In this document: in pieces, positions 30,228-44,200 of the stretch | How positions within the stretch are numbered: position 1 is the first letter of the stretch | Layout: each line of letters begins with the position of its first letter | Assembly (NCBI GenBank): GCA_951406725.2 | Contig: OX597831.1 | Coordinates: 39,494,001-39,558,000 of the forward strand | DNA from: Octopus vulgaris | Lineage: Eukaryota | Length of the DNA stretch: 64,000 nt | Reading direction: 5' to 3' | Translations under genes and position numbers: made by a program | Notes under the pieces: generated by a model | Seen by the model: only the letters and a program-made list of their open reading frames with translations | The model's database searches: none | Told to the model about the DNA's origin: nothing

Positions 30228-30737
30228 AAAAAGCCTTACCAATCAGGTCTTACCCACCAGAGCCAAACCCACATACGTGAGAAACGAGATTGAATGTATA
30301 AATAAATAATTGCAGCAACGTGACCGACAAAGCCGTCAACACCAATCAGTTCCTCAGAGATCTAAACCTGAATGGCCACCCACCATCTTTAGCTAAACAA
30401 CGGCGCCTAAAGAACATGAAAGTCAATAAACCCTGGAAGAACCATCATACTCCCAAGTCCGGCACGTGCTTCCTAAAGCTGCCACTCTTTGACAACAGAA
30501 GTACTACAGTGATACAACATGCAGTCCGCAGGGAAAGACTCGACATAGAGATAGTGCACACCGGTCCTTCCCTGAGAAAAGCTCTGTCGAAGAACAACAC
30601 CTCTCACTACTCCGAACCGTGCACATTATCGAACTGCCTCATTAATGCCCATGAATTGTGCCAGAGGGCCCATGTTGTATATGAGATCATCTGTGACAAA
30701 TGTGGCACATCCTACATAGGAAGCACGACAAGAAAGA
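30228..30737 (+). mobile_element. Penelope-like element fragment (RT C-terminal region plus start of GIY-YIG endonuclease)
   Basis: CFLKLPLF...TGPSLRKAL...CTLSNC...CQRAHVVYEIICDKCGTSYIGSTTR; truncated at the LINE junction at 30738. Confidence 0.88.
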
Positions 30738-32093
30738 ACTGTATTTTAGATGGGGGAAGATGGGATCTTTTGTATGATACAGTGCCGTCCAGTTCGAGGA
30801 TTGGTATAGCTGTCAATTCCAAAATTGGGAGCTAAACCCTCCAAGATCTTCCAAGTATATATCACCGCATATCTCTCTAGTCTTCTCTCCAGGGAATAGA
30901 GACCCAGCTCCTTTAACCTCTCCCAGTAGCCCATCTTTTGCATCGAATCAATCTTCTTTGTGTACTGGCGCTGGATTGCTTTGAATTCCACAGTTTGTTT
31001 CACACTCTCTGGAGACCATAGTTAGGCGCAGTAGTCCAAGCGGCTGAGAACGAAAGTCCCCCATAGGAGTAACAAAGCCTACCTTTACCTGGTTCTGAAT
31101 GTCCTCAGAATCCAGCCAGCCACTCGCCTGCACAGTGTTGCCATATTGGGAATATGCACATGGAATGTTGCATCATTGCTCATGTGAACCCCCAGGTCAC
31201 GCACTGACTCTGACTCTGGGATCGTATTACCTTCTGGTCCAGTGTATTCCGATTTTAGCTTGGTGTTGGACCGATAGTGGAGTGCCTGAAATTTCATAGC
31301 ATTGAACTGTATGCTATTTTTGTTAGCCCATTTGTATATTTCATTCAGGTCTCACTGCAGTTTTATGATCTCCTCTGGGTTCCTAACTGCCTGCGATACT
31401 TTTGAATCGTCAGCATAACTGGTCAGGTTGGATTGCTGTACGGCAGAGAGGACCATCACGAATAGAAATAGCCCCAGTACAGTTTCCTGTGGGACTCCGC
31501 TGAGAATAGGTGTCTCTTCAGGGTGAGCACAATTGGCTACGGCTGTCTGATTCCTGCCTTTCAGAAAGTCCTGCAGTCACTCTCCCAGTTTCCCAGTAAC
31601 ACCAAGGTTTCGCAGCTTGTGACATACCATGCCATGATCAACCTTGTCGAAGGCCTTGGCAAAGTCGAGGTAAATCACGCCTACAGCCGTTGTTTCAGTA
31701 TCCAGTCAAAGGGATACAACAGTTGGGTGAAGCAGCTGCTCCCTGGACGGAAGCTATGTTGCGTGTTTGTGAGAAGGTTGTTTTCTTCTAAAATGTGAAG
31801 TCAGAGAGATGGGCCTGTAGTTTTTAGCATCTGCTCTGCTCCCTTCTTTATGAACAGGGCATATTGCACCCTCTTTTATCATGTTAGGAAGTTTACCACA
31901 TGCAACTGAAAGAGTATCTGCCTAGGCTTTGCAAGAGTCTTTTTACATGTCTTTAAGCGAACAGCTAGGAGTCCATCTGGAGCCGATGCTAAGTTTGATC
32001 TCATTACATCAATGAACAATATTACATCCTTTTCTGTTATGTTGATGTAATCGATGGTTGCTTCTTTTCCGAATAGATTCATTTCATCAAGCT
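30738..32093 (-). mobile_element. CR1/L2-group LINE RT fragment, tandem copy 1
   Basis: Frameshifted PVHK.GSR...NYRPISLTS, YLDFAKAFDKV, SGVPQ, SYADD, ERLKELGLYSLERR. Confidence 0.92.
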
Positions 32094-33660
32094 ACTTTTG
32101 TATCGTCAAAAATAGCGAGTTGGACGGAGCTGCTCTTCTTTTTGTTTCCTTTCGTGATGTTAGTTCATCTCGTACCTCATACAGAAACCTGTCCAGATGG
32201 TCCTTTAAAACTTCCACATCAACACCATGTAGATATCTAAGGTTGCCTGGAAGGGTGTTGAACAATTGCGGGCCCTTGAAATCCAGACTATTGCAGTACT
32301 GTATTTTAGATGGGGGAAGATGGGATCTTTTGTATGATACAGTGCCGTCCAGTTCGAGGATTGGTATAGCTGTCAATTCCAAAATTGGGAGCTAAACCCT
32401 CCAAGATCTTCCAAGTATATATCACCGCATATCTCTCTAGTCTTCTCTCCAGGAAATAGAGACCCAGCTCCTTTAACCTCTCCCAGTAGCCCATCTTTTG
32501 CATCGAATCAATCTTCTTTGTGTACTGGTGCTGGATTGCTTTGAATTCCACAGTTTGTTTCACACTCTCTGAAGACCATAGTTAGGCGCAGTAGTCCAAG
32601 CGGCTGAGAACGAAAGTCCTCCATAGGAGTAACAAAGCCTCCTTTTACCTGGTTCTGAATGTCCTCAGAATCCAGCCAGCCACTCGCCTGCACAGTGTTG
32701 CCATATTGGGAATATGCACATGGAATGTTGCATCATTGCTCATGTGAACCCACAGGTCACGCACTGACTCTGACTCTGGGATCGTATTACCTTCTGGTCC
32801 AGTGTATTCCGATTTTAGCTTGGTGTTGGACCGATAGTGGAGTGCCTGATATTTCATAGCATTGAACTGTATGTTATTTTTGTTAGCCCATTTGTATATT
32901 TCATTCAGGTCTCACTGCAGTTTTATGATCTCCTCTGGGTTCCTAACTGCCTGCGATACTTTTGTATCGTCAGCATAACTGGTCAGATTGGATGGCTGTA
33001 CGGCAGAGAGGGCCATCACGAATAGAAATAGCTCCAGTACAGTTCTCTGTGGGACTCCGCTGAGAATTGGTGTCTCTTTAGAGTGACACCATTGGCTACA
33101 GCTGTCTGATTCCTGCCTTTCAGAAAGTCCAGCAGCCACTCTCCGGTTACCCAGTAATACCAAGGTTTCGAAGCTTGTGACATATGCCATGATCAACTTT
33201 GTCGAAGGCCTTGGCAAAGTCGATGTAAATCACGCCTACAGCCGTTGTTTCAGTATCCAGTTGAAGTGATACAACAGCTGTGTTTGGCAGCTCCTCCCTG
33301 GACGGAAGCCATGTTGCGTGTTTGTGAGAAGGTTGTTTTCTTCTAAAATGGGAAGTCAGAGAGATGGGCCTGTAGTTTTTAGCATCTGCTCTGCTCCCTC
33401 CTTTATGAACAGGGCATATTGTACCCTCTTTTATCATGTTAGGAAGTTTACCACATGCAACTGAAAGAGTATCTGCCTAGGCTTTGCAAGAGCCATTCTA
33501 CATGTCTTTAGGCAAACAGCCAGGAGTCCATCTGGAGCCGACGTTAAGTTTGATCTCATTACATCAATGAACAATATTACATCCTCTTCTGTTATGTTGA
33601 TGTAATCGATGGTTGCTTCTTTTCCGAATAGATTCATTTCATCAAGCTGTCCCTGATAAA
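32094..33660 (-). mobile_element. CR1/L2-group LINE RT fragment, tandem copy 2 (extends further 3')
   Basis: Offset 1555-1560 bp from copy 1; YIDFAKAFDKVDHG, SGVPQ, YADD, FKGPQLFNTLP. Confidence 0.92.
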
Positions 33661-33759
33661 TAAAAGACGAAAAAATCGTCAAATTTAGCCCGAACACCTT
33701 TTCTCTTTCTCTCTCGCTCTCTATCACTCCCACTCAAATATATGCATACATATATACAG

Positions 33760-33791
<32 letters not shown>

Positions 33792-33801
33792 ATTTACATA
33801 T

Positions 33802-33845
<44 letters not shown>

Positions 33846-33904
33846 ATGTATGAATATATATATATATATATATATACATGCATATATATATATATATATA
33901 CATA

Positions 33905-33950
<46 letters not shown>

Positions 33951-34047
33951 GATGCATATATGTAGATGCATACATTCATAACCATATATATATATTCATA
34001 ACCGTATATATATGTAGATGCATATATGTAGATGCATACATTCATAA

Positions 34048-34097
<50 letters not shown>

Positions 34098-34540
34098 TTT
34101 ATCATTTATTACTTAATAACGAACACAGAAACAGTTTAGGAAGCGTAGAATGTCCATAAAACATTTGATGGACATTCATCAAATTGGATTTGTTTTTTCC
34201 GCCATGATGGAATTTGTCCAAAATGCTTCTCCTGATTTTCAAGATATTGAGCAGCACTTGCTCTATAGCAGGAAATACGTGTCGAAATGTGGCATGCTTC
34301 GTTACTGTCTGAAAGTCGTTGCTGGGTGTTGTGTAGGGAAGAAAATCTGGTCAAAGGTTATTATTGAATATCATTAGACAGAATCAGAAATAAGTCGCAT
34401 GACTTTTGGCTAATGCAAAAGGCGGGCGGCGTAATGTATGATATACTGATTTCGGATGATAGATCAAGATGTGAGTGATATGTCGATAGCAGCGTTCAAT
34501 ATGTACGTGTATGTATACGTTTGTGTGTGTCTGCACGTGT

Positions 34541-34597
<57 letters not shown>

Positions 34598-34824
34598 TAT
34601 GTATGTGTGTGTGTATGTATGTATATGTATATATGTATATGTATATATAGATATATATATTTTATATATATGTATATATATATGCATATATATATTCATA
34701 CATACATACATGCATACATATACACACATGCACTAACTCGTGTATACATACGAACATGCCTATAAATAAGTGTATATACACACAAAGACATATGTATATA
34801 CATACAAACAATATATGTATGTAT

Positions 34825-34915
<91 letters not shown>

Positions 34916-34933
34916 CACAGATTAATAGATAAG

Positions 34934-35027
<94 letters not shown>

Positions 35028-35109
35028 CACACATACATACATACATACATACACATCTGCATACATACTTTCACACATACATACATACATACATACATAC
35101 ATACATACA

Positions 35110-35141
<32 letters not shown>

Positions 35142-35330
35142 CACACACATACATACATACATACATACATACATACATACATACATACATACATACATAC
35201 ATACATACATACATACATTTGTGTGTGCGTGTGTGTACAGTATACATATATCCAGAGAGAGAAATAGTGAGTGCGTGAGACAGAGAGAATGAGAAATGGA
35301 ATAAGAAACAGTGACGAAGAAAGAACTAGT

Positions 35331-35436
<106 letters not shown>

Positions 35437-35992
35437 AGGATGGATATATGGAGATATTGGGTGTCAAAATTATCCCTTAGATGCTGCCAAGACAATTCCA
35501 TTGGATTTCAGAAATCAATCTTTTCGCTTTTGGCGTTAAGTTGCCATCTATTAAATTTTCTTCTTAAACCCTTTATCAGCAAGAGAACAGAATTTCAGTG
35601 TTCTATTGTAGTTAGAGATATGTGATACACGTACAGATACACACACATCTGCATACATACATTCACACATGTATACATACATACATACATACATACATAC
35701 ATACATACATACATACATACATACATACATACATACATGCATGCATACATACATACTTACATTCATACATACATACATACATACATACATACATACATAC
35801 ATACATACATACATACATACATACATACATACATACATACATACGTACATACATACATTCATACATACATACATACGTACATACATACGTACGTACATAC
35901 ATACATACATACATACATGCATACATACATACATACATACATACATGCTTACATAAGACCATGTGCGTATGTATGTGTGTGTGTATATAATG

Positions 35993-36094
<102 letters not shown>

Positions 36095-36124
36095 TCAATA
36101 ATAATAATAATAATGATGATTATG

Positions 36125-36217
<93 letters not shown>

Positions 36218-36350
36218 GAGGCAGCTATACGCAATATAAAACCGAAAAGGAAATATATATACGTTGTATGTACGTCTGGTGAGAGCATGTCTGTGTGTGT
36301 CTGTGTGTGTGAGGGAGTGTTTGTGTGTGTGTGAGAGAGAGTGTCTGCGC

Positions 36351-36386
<36 letters not shown>

Positions 36387-36531
36387 ATATATTTACACAG
36401 ATATGTATACACACTCATGCACGCATACAGAATTATATAAGTATATAGGTACATATTTCTTTGTATACATATGTATATGTCTATATATATATATATATAT
36501 ATATGTATCAATCAATATATATATTGATACA

Positions 36532-36936
36532 GGCGCAGGAGTGGCTGTGTGGTAAGTAGCTTGCTTACCAACCACATGGTTCCGGGTTCAGTCCCACTGC
36601 GTGGCATCTTGGGCAAGTGTCTTCTACTATAGCCTCGGGCCGACCAATGCTTTGTGAGTGGATTTGTTAGACGGAAACTGAAAGAAGCCTGTCGTATATA
36701 TGTATATATATGTGTGTGTATATGTTTGTGTGTCTGTGTTTGTCCCCCTAGCATTGCTTGACAACTGATGCTTGTGTGTTTACGTCCGCATCACTTAGTG
36801 GTTCGGCAAAAGAGACCGATAGAATAAGTACTGGGCTTACAAAGAATAAGTCCCGAGGTTGATTTGCTCGATTAAAGGCGGTGCTCCAGCATGGCCGCAG
36901 TCAAATGACTGAAACAAGTAAAAGAGTAAAAGAGTA
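36532..36936 (+). mobile_element. Full-length SINE family A
   Basis: Closely matches 6061-6440 and 964-1373. Confidence 0.93.
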
Positions 36937-37166
36937 TGTGTATGTGTGTGTGTGTGAGTGTGTGTATGTGTATATAAAGGACCGAGATCAGTGAAAGTTC
37001 TTATACAAAAATTATAAATATTATTGCACTACAATAATCTTATTTTCCAGCTAAATAAAGCAGCGTAAAGGTAGAATCATAAATAGGAAATAGTTGCATA
37101 ACAAGGCATGTATACATACATGTATAACAATACATGTATACATACATACATATATACATATATACG

Positions 37167-37207
<41 letters not shown>

Positions 37208-37241
37208 GTATATATATATATAAATATATATACACATACAA

Positions 37242-37352
<111 letters not shown>

Positions 37353-37487
37353 ATTTATAATTTATATGAATATGTATTAGTTGGTAATACTAACTGTGTT
37401 ATACACGATGGAATATGCATGTCTTACGGATACTCGCTCACATAAATGTGTTTGTATGTGTTATTATGTGTTTGTGTGTGTGTGTGT

Positions 37488-37532
<45 letters not shown>

Positions 37533-37595
37533 TTATTATTTATATATACATTTATATATATATATGTACATTTATACATATATACATACATATAT

Positions 37596-37722
37596 AGGGA
37601 GAGTTTACGAAAAAACAAAAGACGAGGACAGGTGGTGTACAAAACAAACAGATGTATTAGTATAACGCTCAGTAATAGAAAAAGTATTTTACGTTTCGAG
37701 CCTACGCTCTTCTACAGAAAGA
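37596..37722 (-). mobile_element. Short Penelope-type terminal fragment with a minimal hammerhead-like motif
   Basis: Minus strand TTT-CTGTAGA-A-GAGC-GTAG-GCTC-GAAAC-GTA-AAA; embedded in microsatellites. Confidence 0.5.
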
Positions 37723-37763
<41 letters not shown>

Positions 37764-37766
37764 TAT

Positions 37767-37799
<33 letters not shown>

Positions 37800-37841
37800 C
37801 TTACATACACACACACACATATACATATATATATTCACACA

Positions 37842-37885
<44 letters not shown>

Positions 37886-37929
37886 AATGTGCGATGTGTG
37901 TGTCTACGTGTTTACGTATAAATATAAAA

Positions 37930-38320
37930 GCTTTTGATCATATACTGTTGTGGACATCACAGGGTGTAAAACTAATTGCGGGACTAAGGGCGATCCAACG
38001 CCACTAAACAAAGAACGTAGACTCAGTAAAACACATGGGCTACTGGGAGAGGTTGAAGGCACTGGGACCCTACTCCCTGGAGAGGAGGCGTGAGCGATAT
38101 GCAGTGCCATACATATGGAAAATAATGGAGGGTCTAGCTCCAAATTTCGGAATCGAGACTTACAACAATATCCGAACTGGACGGCACTGCACAGTAGCAA
38201 AGGTCCCATCTTCTCCATTGAGGATGTGAACCCAATATTATAATAGGTTAGTATGTAAGGGACCACGACTTTTTAATGCCCTACCACAGAACATCAGGGA
38301 TCTGCAACGTGTAGACATGG
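37930..38320 (+). mobile_element. CR1/L2-group LINE 3' fragment
   Basis: MGYWERLKALGPYSLERRRERYAVPYIWKIMEGLAPNFG; same family as 30738-33660. Confidence 0.88.
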
Positions 38321-38411
38321 AAGCCTACCTATCTACCTATCTATCTGTGTATGTGTTTATATATATGTATACATGTATGTATGTATGTATGTATGTATGT
38401 ATGTATGTATG

Positions 38412-38444
<33 letters not shown>

Positions 38445-38917
38445 ATGTGTGTGTGTGTGTATGTGTGTGTGTGTATGTGTGTGTGTGTGTATGTATAAAT
38501 ATATATGTATGTATGTGTGTAAAGAGTGAGATACGCTCAAACACGAATTTGTGTATGTGTGTGTGCGTGCTTGTGTATGTGTGTGTGCGCTCGCGTATGT
38601 ACATGCCTCTGTGTGTGTGTGTGTGTGTGTGTATGCGTGTGTGTGTGTGTGTGCGTGCGTGTGTGTGTATTTAGAGATGCAAACAAATATTTGATAGTGC
38701 TTTGCAAATGGCTTCTGAATTATAAGCGGAGATGTAACCTTTAGCGATGCAACTTAATGAATAAGAGAAGCTATTTGGAGGATCTGCCGTCTGGAACTAA
38801 GGTTTGTTTTCAGATGTTAGTTGTACGGCGGCCTCACCCTTGACGCTTCGAAAGATCGTCTGTACAAACGAATAAACTGTAAGTTTGTGTGCGGATGTTT
38901 ATGTACATATGCATCCA

Positions 38918-39894
38918 TAAAAAAGTCCGTTTCCTTGTTTGGTTTTATGCTTTCGTTTCTCGTTGTGTTCTACGTTTTTTGTGGTGTCCTGTACTCATAT
39001 ATGCATATATATATATACATATAGATGTAGGTATGTACATATATGTATGTATGTATGCATATGTTTTATTTATTATATTGTTATTATTTGATCGAACGCA
39101 CGCGTTGTTTTTCTTCTTCCAAGTAAGTTTTATTTCAATAATTATGACGCGCACTCTAAACTCTTTACTTGACCTTTCCTCTCTGCCTATCTGTCTTCCT
39201 CTCTACCTGTCTCTCTCCTTCTTATTTTTCACCCCATCTGGTTTCTTTTCCTCTCTCTCTCTCACTCCTCCTCCTCCTCTCTCTCTCTCTCTCGCTCCTC
39301 CTCCTCTCTGGCCGCTGACCGGAGGGCTACTAACTTTCTTTCCGCACACTGCTTTCAACAAGTCAACATCGGCATTCTTCTGTCTCCCGCAAGCCGATCT
39401 TCAGAATGCGTTCTAACGAATTTTTCCATCGTCTAGGCTTTAAAAAAACACTTATTGTTGGTTTCCTTGTCGTAGCTTTTACTGTTTTTATTCTTTATTT
39501 GTACTGTTTTTTCTTCATTTGTATTGCTTTTACGTCCTGTTCTTGTCACTTTTTTTACTCCTCCGCAAAAATTTTTATTTAATTCAATTTCCGGGAAGGA
39601 CTGCCTCGGCCGGATCGTGTTCTGCCCTTACCTTCGAAACACGCATTGAGTCGAAACAGGGGCAGCTGAAGAAAGGGAATGTTCCTTGTGTTGGTTGTCT
39701 TGTACTCTGTTTTTTTCGTTGTTGAAAAAAGTCCGTTTTCTTGTTTGGTTTTATGTTTTCGTTTCTCGTTGTGTTCTACGTTTTTTTTGTGGTGTCCTGT
39801 ACTCATATATGCATGTATATATACATATAGATGTAGGTATGTACATATATGTATGTATGTATGTATGTATGCATATGTTTTATTTATTATACTG

Positions 39895-39900
<6 letters not shown>
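38918..39900. repeat. ~170-bp direct repeats (38918-39085 and 39725-39900) bracketing a probable interspersed-repeat body
   Basis: AAAAAAGTCCGTTT.CTTGTTTGGTTTTATG...GCATATGTTTTATTTATTATA occurs twice. Confidence 0.8.
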
Positions 39901-39944
<44 letters not shown>

Positions 39945-39972
39945 GTGTGTGTGTGTGTATGTATATATATAC

Positions 39973-40006
<34 letters not shown>

Positions 40007-40196
40007 CTAGATAGATAGATAGATATGCATTACACATACACACACACGTACATACACGCACAATCAGAACACATGTAAATATGTGTATGTGTGTCCGTGT
40101 ATTTCTGTGTATTTGTGTGTGTTCGTGAATTTGTGTGTGTGGATGATTATGTACATATGAATCCATGTATTTATACATATATATATACATATATGT

Positions 40197-40230
<34 letters not shown>

Positions 40231-40334
40231 GCATGTGCACACACATACAGACACTCAGAACACATGTAAATATGCACGTGTATATGTGTGTGTGTCTACG
40301 TATGTATGTGTGTATCTATATATCATATCATTAC

Positions 40335-40695
40335 CATTCTGTTGTGTCTGGGGAGAGCCATTTTCGTTGCGTCTTGCAACTTTTTCAATTGTCTTGACTC
40401 TCAGAGAAAATTAATGAAGTGGAGCTGTCGGGTAGCTTATCTTGATTTTTAGGCAGCAGAACAAGGTGTTTCTCAATGTCTTGCTAGCTTGGCTAAAGCT
40501 TATTACAGTTCGTTTTTGGATTTGGTTTGCAAGATTCTTTATATGAGTTCGTGTGTTGAAGCATATTCTGTTGTGTCTGGGGAGAGTCATTTTCTTTTTG
40601 TGCCTTATAATTTAATACACTCACCGGTAAAATTTCCACCTATTTTATTTTCCTAAAATTTTCGTTGCGTCTGGCAACCTTTTCAGTAGTCTTGA
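40335..40695. repeat. Repeat with a partial direct duplication
   Basis: ATTCTGTTGTGTCTGGGGAGAG and ATTTTCGTTGCGTCT.GCAAC each occur twice. Confidence 0.65.
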
Positions 40696-40874
40696 ATTAC
40701 CATTATTTCCTCTGTATAGACTATTTCTAAATAAACTGTATCTTTACCTCTTTGCAGCCATGATAACTAACTTCGACAACCCATGTCTCGTTAAACTGTG
40801 AGTCAGTATTGTCTGCGTGAGTGCACACTGGTGTTATTTTGATTAGTCTTCTGATTCTTCTTCTCATTATTATT

Positions 40875-42020
40875 GACCCGCTGATAGAATCATTAGCATG
40901 TCGGACAAAATGTTGAGCGGCATTTCTTCCGATTCATTACGTTGTGAATTAAGAATTCGCCGAAGTTGACTTTGCTTTTCATTTTTTCGGGATCGATAAA
41001 ATAACTAGCCGTTGAGCACAGGTGGTCGATTTTATCAATTTACCCACTCCCTCGAAATCGCTGGCCCTGTGCCAAAATCTGTTGTTGTTGTTAAGGCGGC
41101 GAGCTGTTAGAAGCGTTAGCACGCCGGGCGAAATGCGTAGCCGTATATCGTCTGCCGTTACGTTCTGAGTTCAAATTCCGCCGAGGTCGACTTTGCCTTT
41201 CATCTTTTCGGGGTCGATAAATTAAGGACCAGTTACGCACTGGGGTTGATGTAATCGACTTAATACCTATGTCTGTCCTTGTTTGTCCACTGTATGTTTA
41301 GTCCCTTGTGGGTAATAAAGAAATAGATATTTCGTCTACCCCTACGTTCTAAGTTCAAATTTGCCTTTCATCCTTTCGGGGTCGATTAAATAAGTACCAG
41401 TTACGCACTGGGGTCGATGCAATCGACTTAATCCCTTTGTCTGTCCTTGTGAGTAGTAAAGAAATAGGTATTTCGTCTGCCGCTACGTTCTGAGTTCAAA
41501 TTCCGCCGAGGTCGACTTTGTCTTTCATCCTTTCGGGGTCGATTAAATAAGTACCAGTTGCGCAATGGGGTCGATATAATCAACTTAATCCGTTTGTCTG
41601 TCCTTGTTTGTCCCCTCTGTGTTTGACCCCTTGTGGATAGTAAAGAAATAGGTTTTTCACCCGTCGCTACGTTCTGAGTTCATCTTATGCCGATGTCGAC
41701 TTTGCCTTTCATTCTTTCGGGGTCGACAAATTAAGTACCAGTGAGACAATGGAGTCGATGTAATCGACTCATCCCCTACCCCAAAATGGCCGCCCTTGTG
41801 GCAAAATTTGAAACCATTATTATTAATATTTCCATTTAAGACGGAATGCCTAACTCTATTTCACCCGTTGCTACTTTTTCAGCTCAAATTCCGCCGAAGT
41901 GAACTTTGCCTCTCATCCATTCGAGGTCGATAAATTAAGTACCAGTTGAACACTGGGGTCAGTGTAATCGACAAGTCACCTTCGCCAAAATTGTGACATT
42001 TTGGCAAAATTTGAAACCAT
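40875..42020 (+). mobile_element. Head-to-tail stack of about six SINE family B copies
   Basis: Core GAGTTCAAATTCCGCCGAGGTCGACTTTG...GGGGTCGA repeated; internal junctions AAGAAATA|G.T.TTTC. Confidence 0.92.
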
Positions 42021-42059
42021 TATATATTTTTCTTCTTTCTTTTTATCACAGATTTTGTT

Positions 42060-42447
42060 GGAATTCCTAGAGTCTTACATGCGAAGCAGGCTTACTACCT
42101 GCAGCCTACGGTACAATACTATTCGTTCATTTCAGCTACCTAATACTTTGCTGATTATTCTGGCCGTGCCAAGGAGGTAAACCTTTTATAACAGTTCTGC
42201 TGGGCACTCTATTCCAATTGCTTTTGTATTCATCTTGATGCTTTCTGATACTGTCTCCAACGACCTAACAATACTTGGCACTATCTTCACCTTCATTAGT
42301 CTTTAGTCTCCAGTTTTCGCATAGTTTCCAATGTAGCACTTTCACTACCTGATCGTGTCGCCACAACTTGTAGTGGTTTGGGACACGTGTAGGGCATTTG
42401 TTCGTGATGTGGACAATGGTTTCATCGACACTATTGTAGATGCGGTA
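42060..42447 (-). mobile_element. Dong/R4-like LINE 3' fragment (family 2, internally deleted)
   Basis: DETIVHITNKCP...YKLWRHDQVVKVLHWKLC (zinc-knuckle/RHD region) followed by the C-terminus. Confidence 0.8.
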
Positions 42448-44200
42448 TAGCGGAGGCACGTGCTCTATACTGGGTTTTATGTCTATTTCCTCTATCCATT
42501 TGTTCAGATCTTTAGGGATAGTTTCCCAATGCACCTATAACTACTGGGATACATTTTAAACGCACTTTCCATAGTCTCTGTAATTCAATAGCTAGGTCCT
42601 GGTACTTTTCAATTATTTTCTATACTTCTCACACAAATACTTTCCTCATTTTGGAATGTAAAGTCAATTATCTGGTACTTTCTATTCTCTTTACTATTAC
42701 CAAATCAGGCCGTCTAGCTTCTACTACTCTCTTAGTCTGAATGTTAGTCTCATAACATCTTAGGTACTTTGCTAGGTTCATGTTCATATAATTTATCAGT
42801 ATGTTCAAATCCTAGGTGTCTACATAGCTCCCAGTGGATTACTCTCCCTAGATTGTCATGTCTTGTATTCTTTCTATGAGAAACGCTTTCCTTTTTTCAT
42901 TTGCATAACATACATTGGGAATATACTTGGTCTTCGTCTATCTTGGCGTTTATTCAATTAGTCCTTAATGCTTGATCTTGTGCAGCTACTAACAAACGTT
43001 CTGTTTCCTTTCTCAGCTGTTTTTCTGCAACAATAACAATGTCTCACTACTACTATTAGCTGCAACTATCTTTGGGAATCTACTATGCAACGCTTTCTCC
43101 TGCCAGTCAAATAATTTCTTTTCTTTTTCCTGGTTTTTAAGATCGTTTGGGTTTGTGGTTTCCCTATGTCTTGCTGTGACTCTAGCAGCTGCTAATAAAC
43201 TTTGTTCACTATTACCTACATAGGAGTCTATATCTACTCAAACTAACTCCAGGCAGTCTTCTGCTATTAACCCTCTTCCGCCTTCCTTTCTAGGTACATA
43301 TAATCTTGCTACTCCTGCCCTTGGGTGGAGTCCTCCATTCATACTGAATTCCTTCCTAGGTCTTCTGTTTAGCTTTGCCAATTCACTTTTCTCCAATCTA
43401 CAAAAGCTGCAAAGTATCTAAGTAATGATATTGCCCGAGTATTTACAGCCTTCACTAGATTCGGACCATTTAGCTTTGACTTCATTAGCTTCCTCACCCT
43501 TCTGATGTACCCCTTCTCAATATTCGTTTTCATTTCTGTAGTTAGGACCCTGTCAGATTCTAATACTCCTAGATACTTATAACTCTCTCTTCCTTTCAAT
43601 GATTTTAATGTCTGGGCATCTTGTAATTGGATACCTTCACTATTGACTATCTGTCTCCTTCTCATGACTAATATTGCACACTTATCTATACCAAATTCCA
43701 TTCTTATGTCTTTGCTGAAGAGTTTTACAGTCTGTAGAAAGGAATCTATCTCTTTTTCACTAAAAAGTTTCAGATCATTTATGTAGAGCAAATGGTTAAT
43801 TTTTCCCTTACTATTTCTGAACTGATACCTTGTCTTTGCCTTCCTTAATACTAAACTGAGGGGGATCAAAACGTAAGACAAATATTTAAAAGGACAACGA
43901 GTCCATTTGGAAAATTCCTCTTTTGATATTAACTTTCCCTGGCAGAAACGTTAGCACGCCAGGCGAAATGCTTAGCGGTATTTCGTCTGCCGTTACGTTC
44001 TGAGTTCAAATTCCGCCGAGGTCAACTTTGCCTTTCATCCTTTCGGGGTCGATAAATTAAGTACCAGTTACACACTGGGATCGATGTAATCGACTTAATC
44101 TGTTTGTCTGTCCTTGTTTCCTCGCTCTGTGTTTAGCCCCTTGTGGGTAGTAAAGAAATAGATATTAACTTTCCCCAAGAGTATGTCACCTGAGTAGAGA
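42448..44200 (-). mobile_element. Decayed Dong/R4-clade LINE (RT plus restriction-like endonuclease), interrupted by a SINE
   Basis: GKVNIKRGIFQ.DSLS, INHLLYINDLKLF, YKYLGV, LVAAQDQAL, RHDNLGRVIHWELC, ARRPD, KYQDLAIEL. Confidence 0.9.
43940..44160 (+). mobile_element. SINE family B insertion with a 15-bp TSD
   Basis: GATATTAACTTTCCC at 43925-43939 and 44161-44175; LINE reading resumes across it. Confidence 0.93.

Noticed and set aside
30320-30835. 171-aa ORF as a novel fusion protein
   Set aside because: Penelope fragment reading through into the antisense strand of a LINE; GIY-YIG domain truncated.
34110-34420. Possible mariner C-terminal remnant on the minus strand (LENQEKHFGQI)
   Set aside because: Only one weak motif; no TIR or catalytic motif found.
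38745-38865. Hammerhead-like pieces (GAAGC/GCTTC-GAAA-GATC-GTC)
   Set aside because: No CUGAnGA core and stem III does not pair; at most a fossil.
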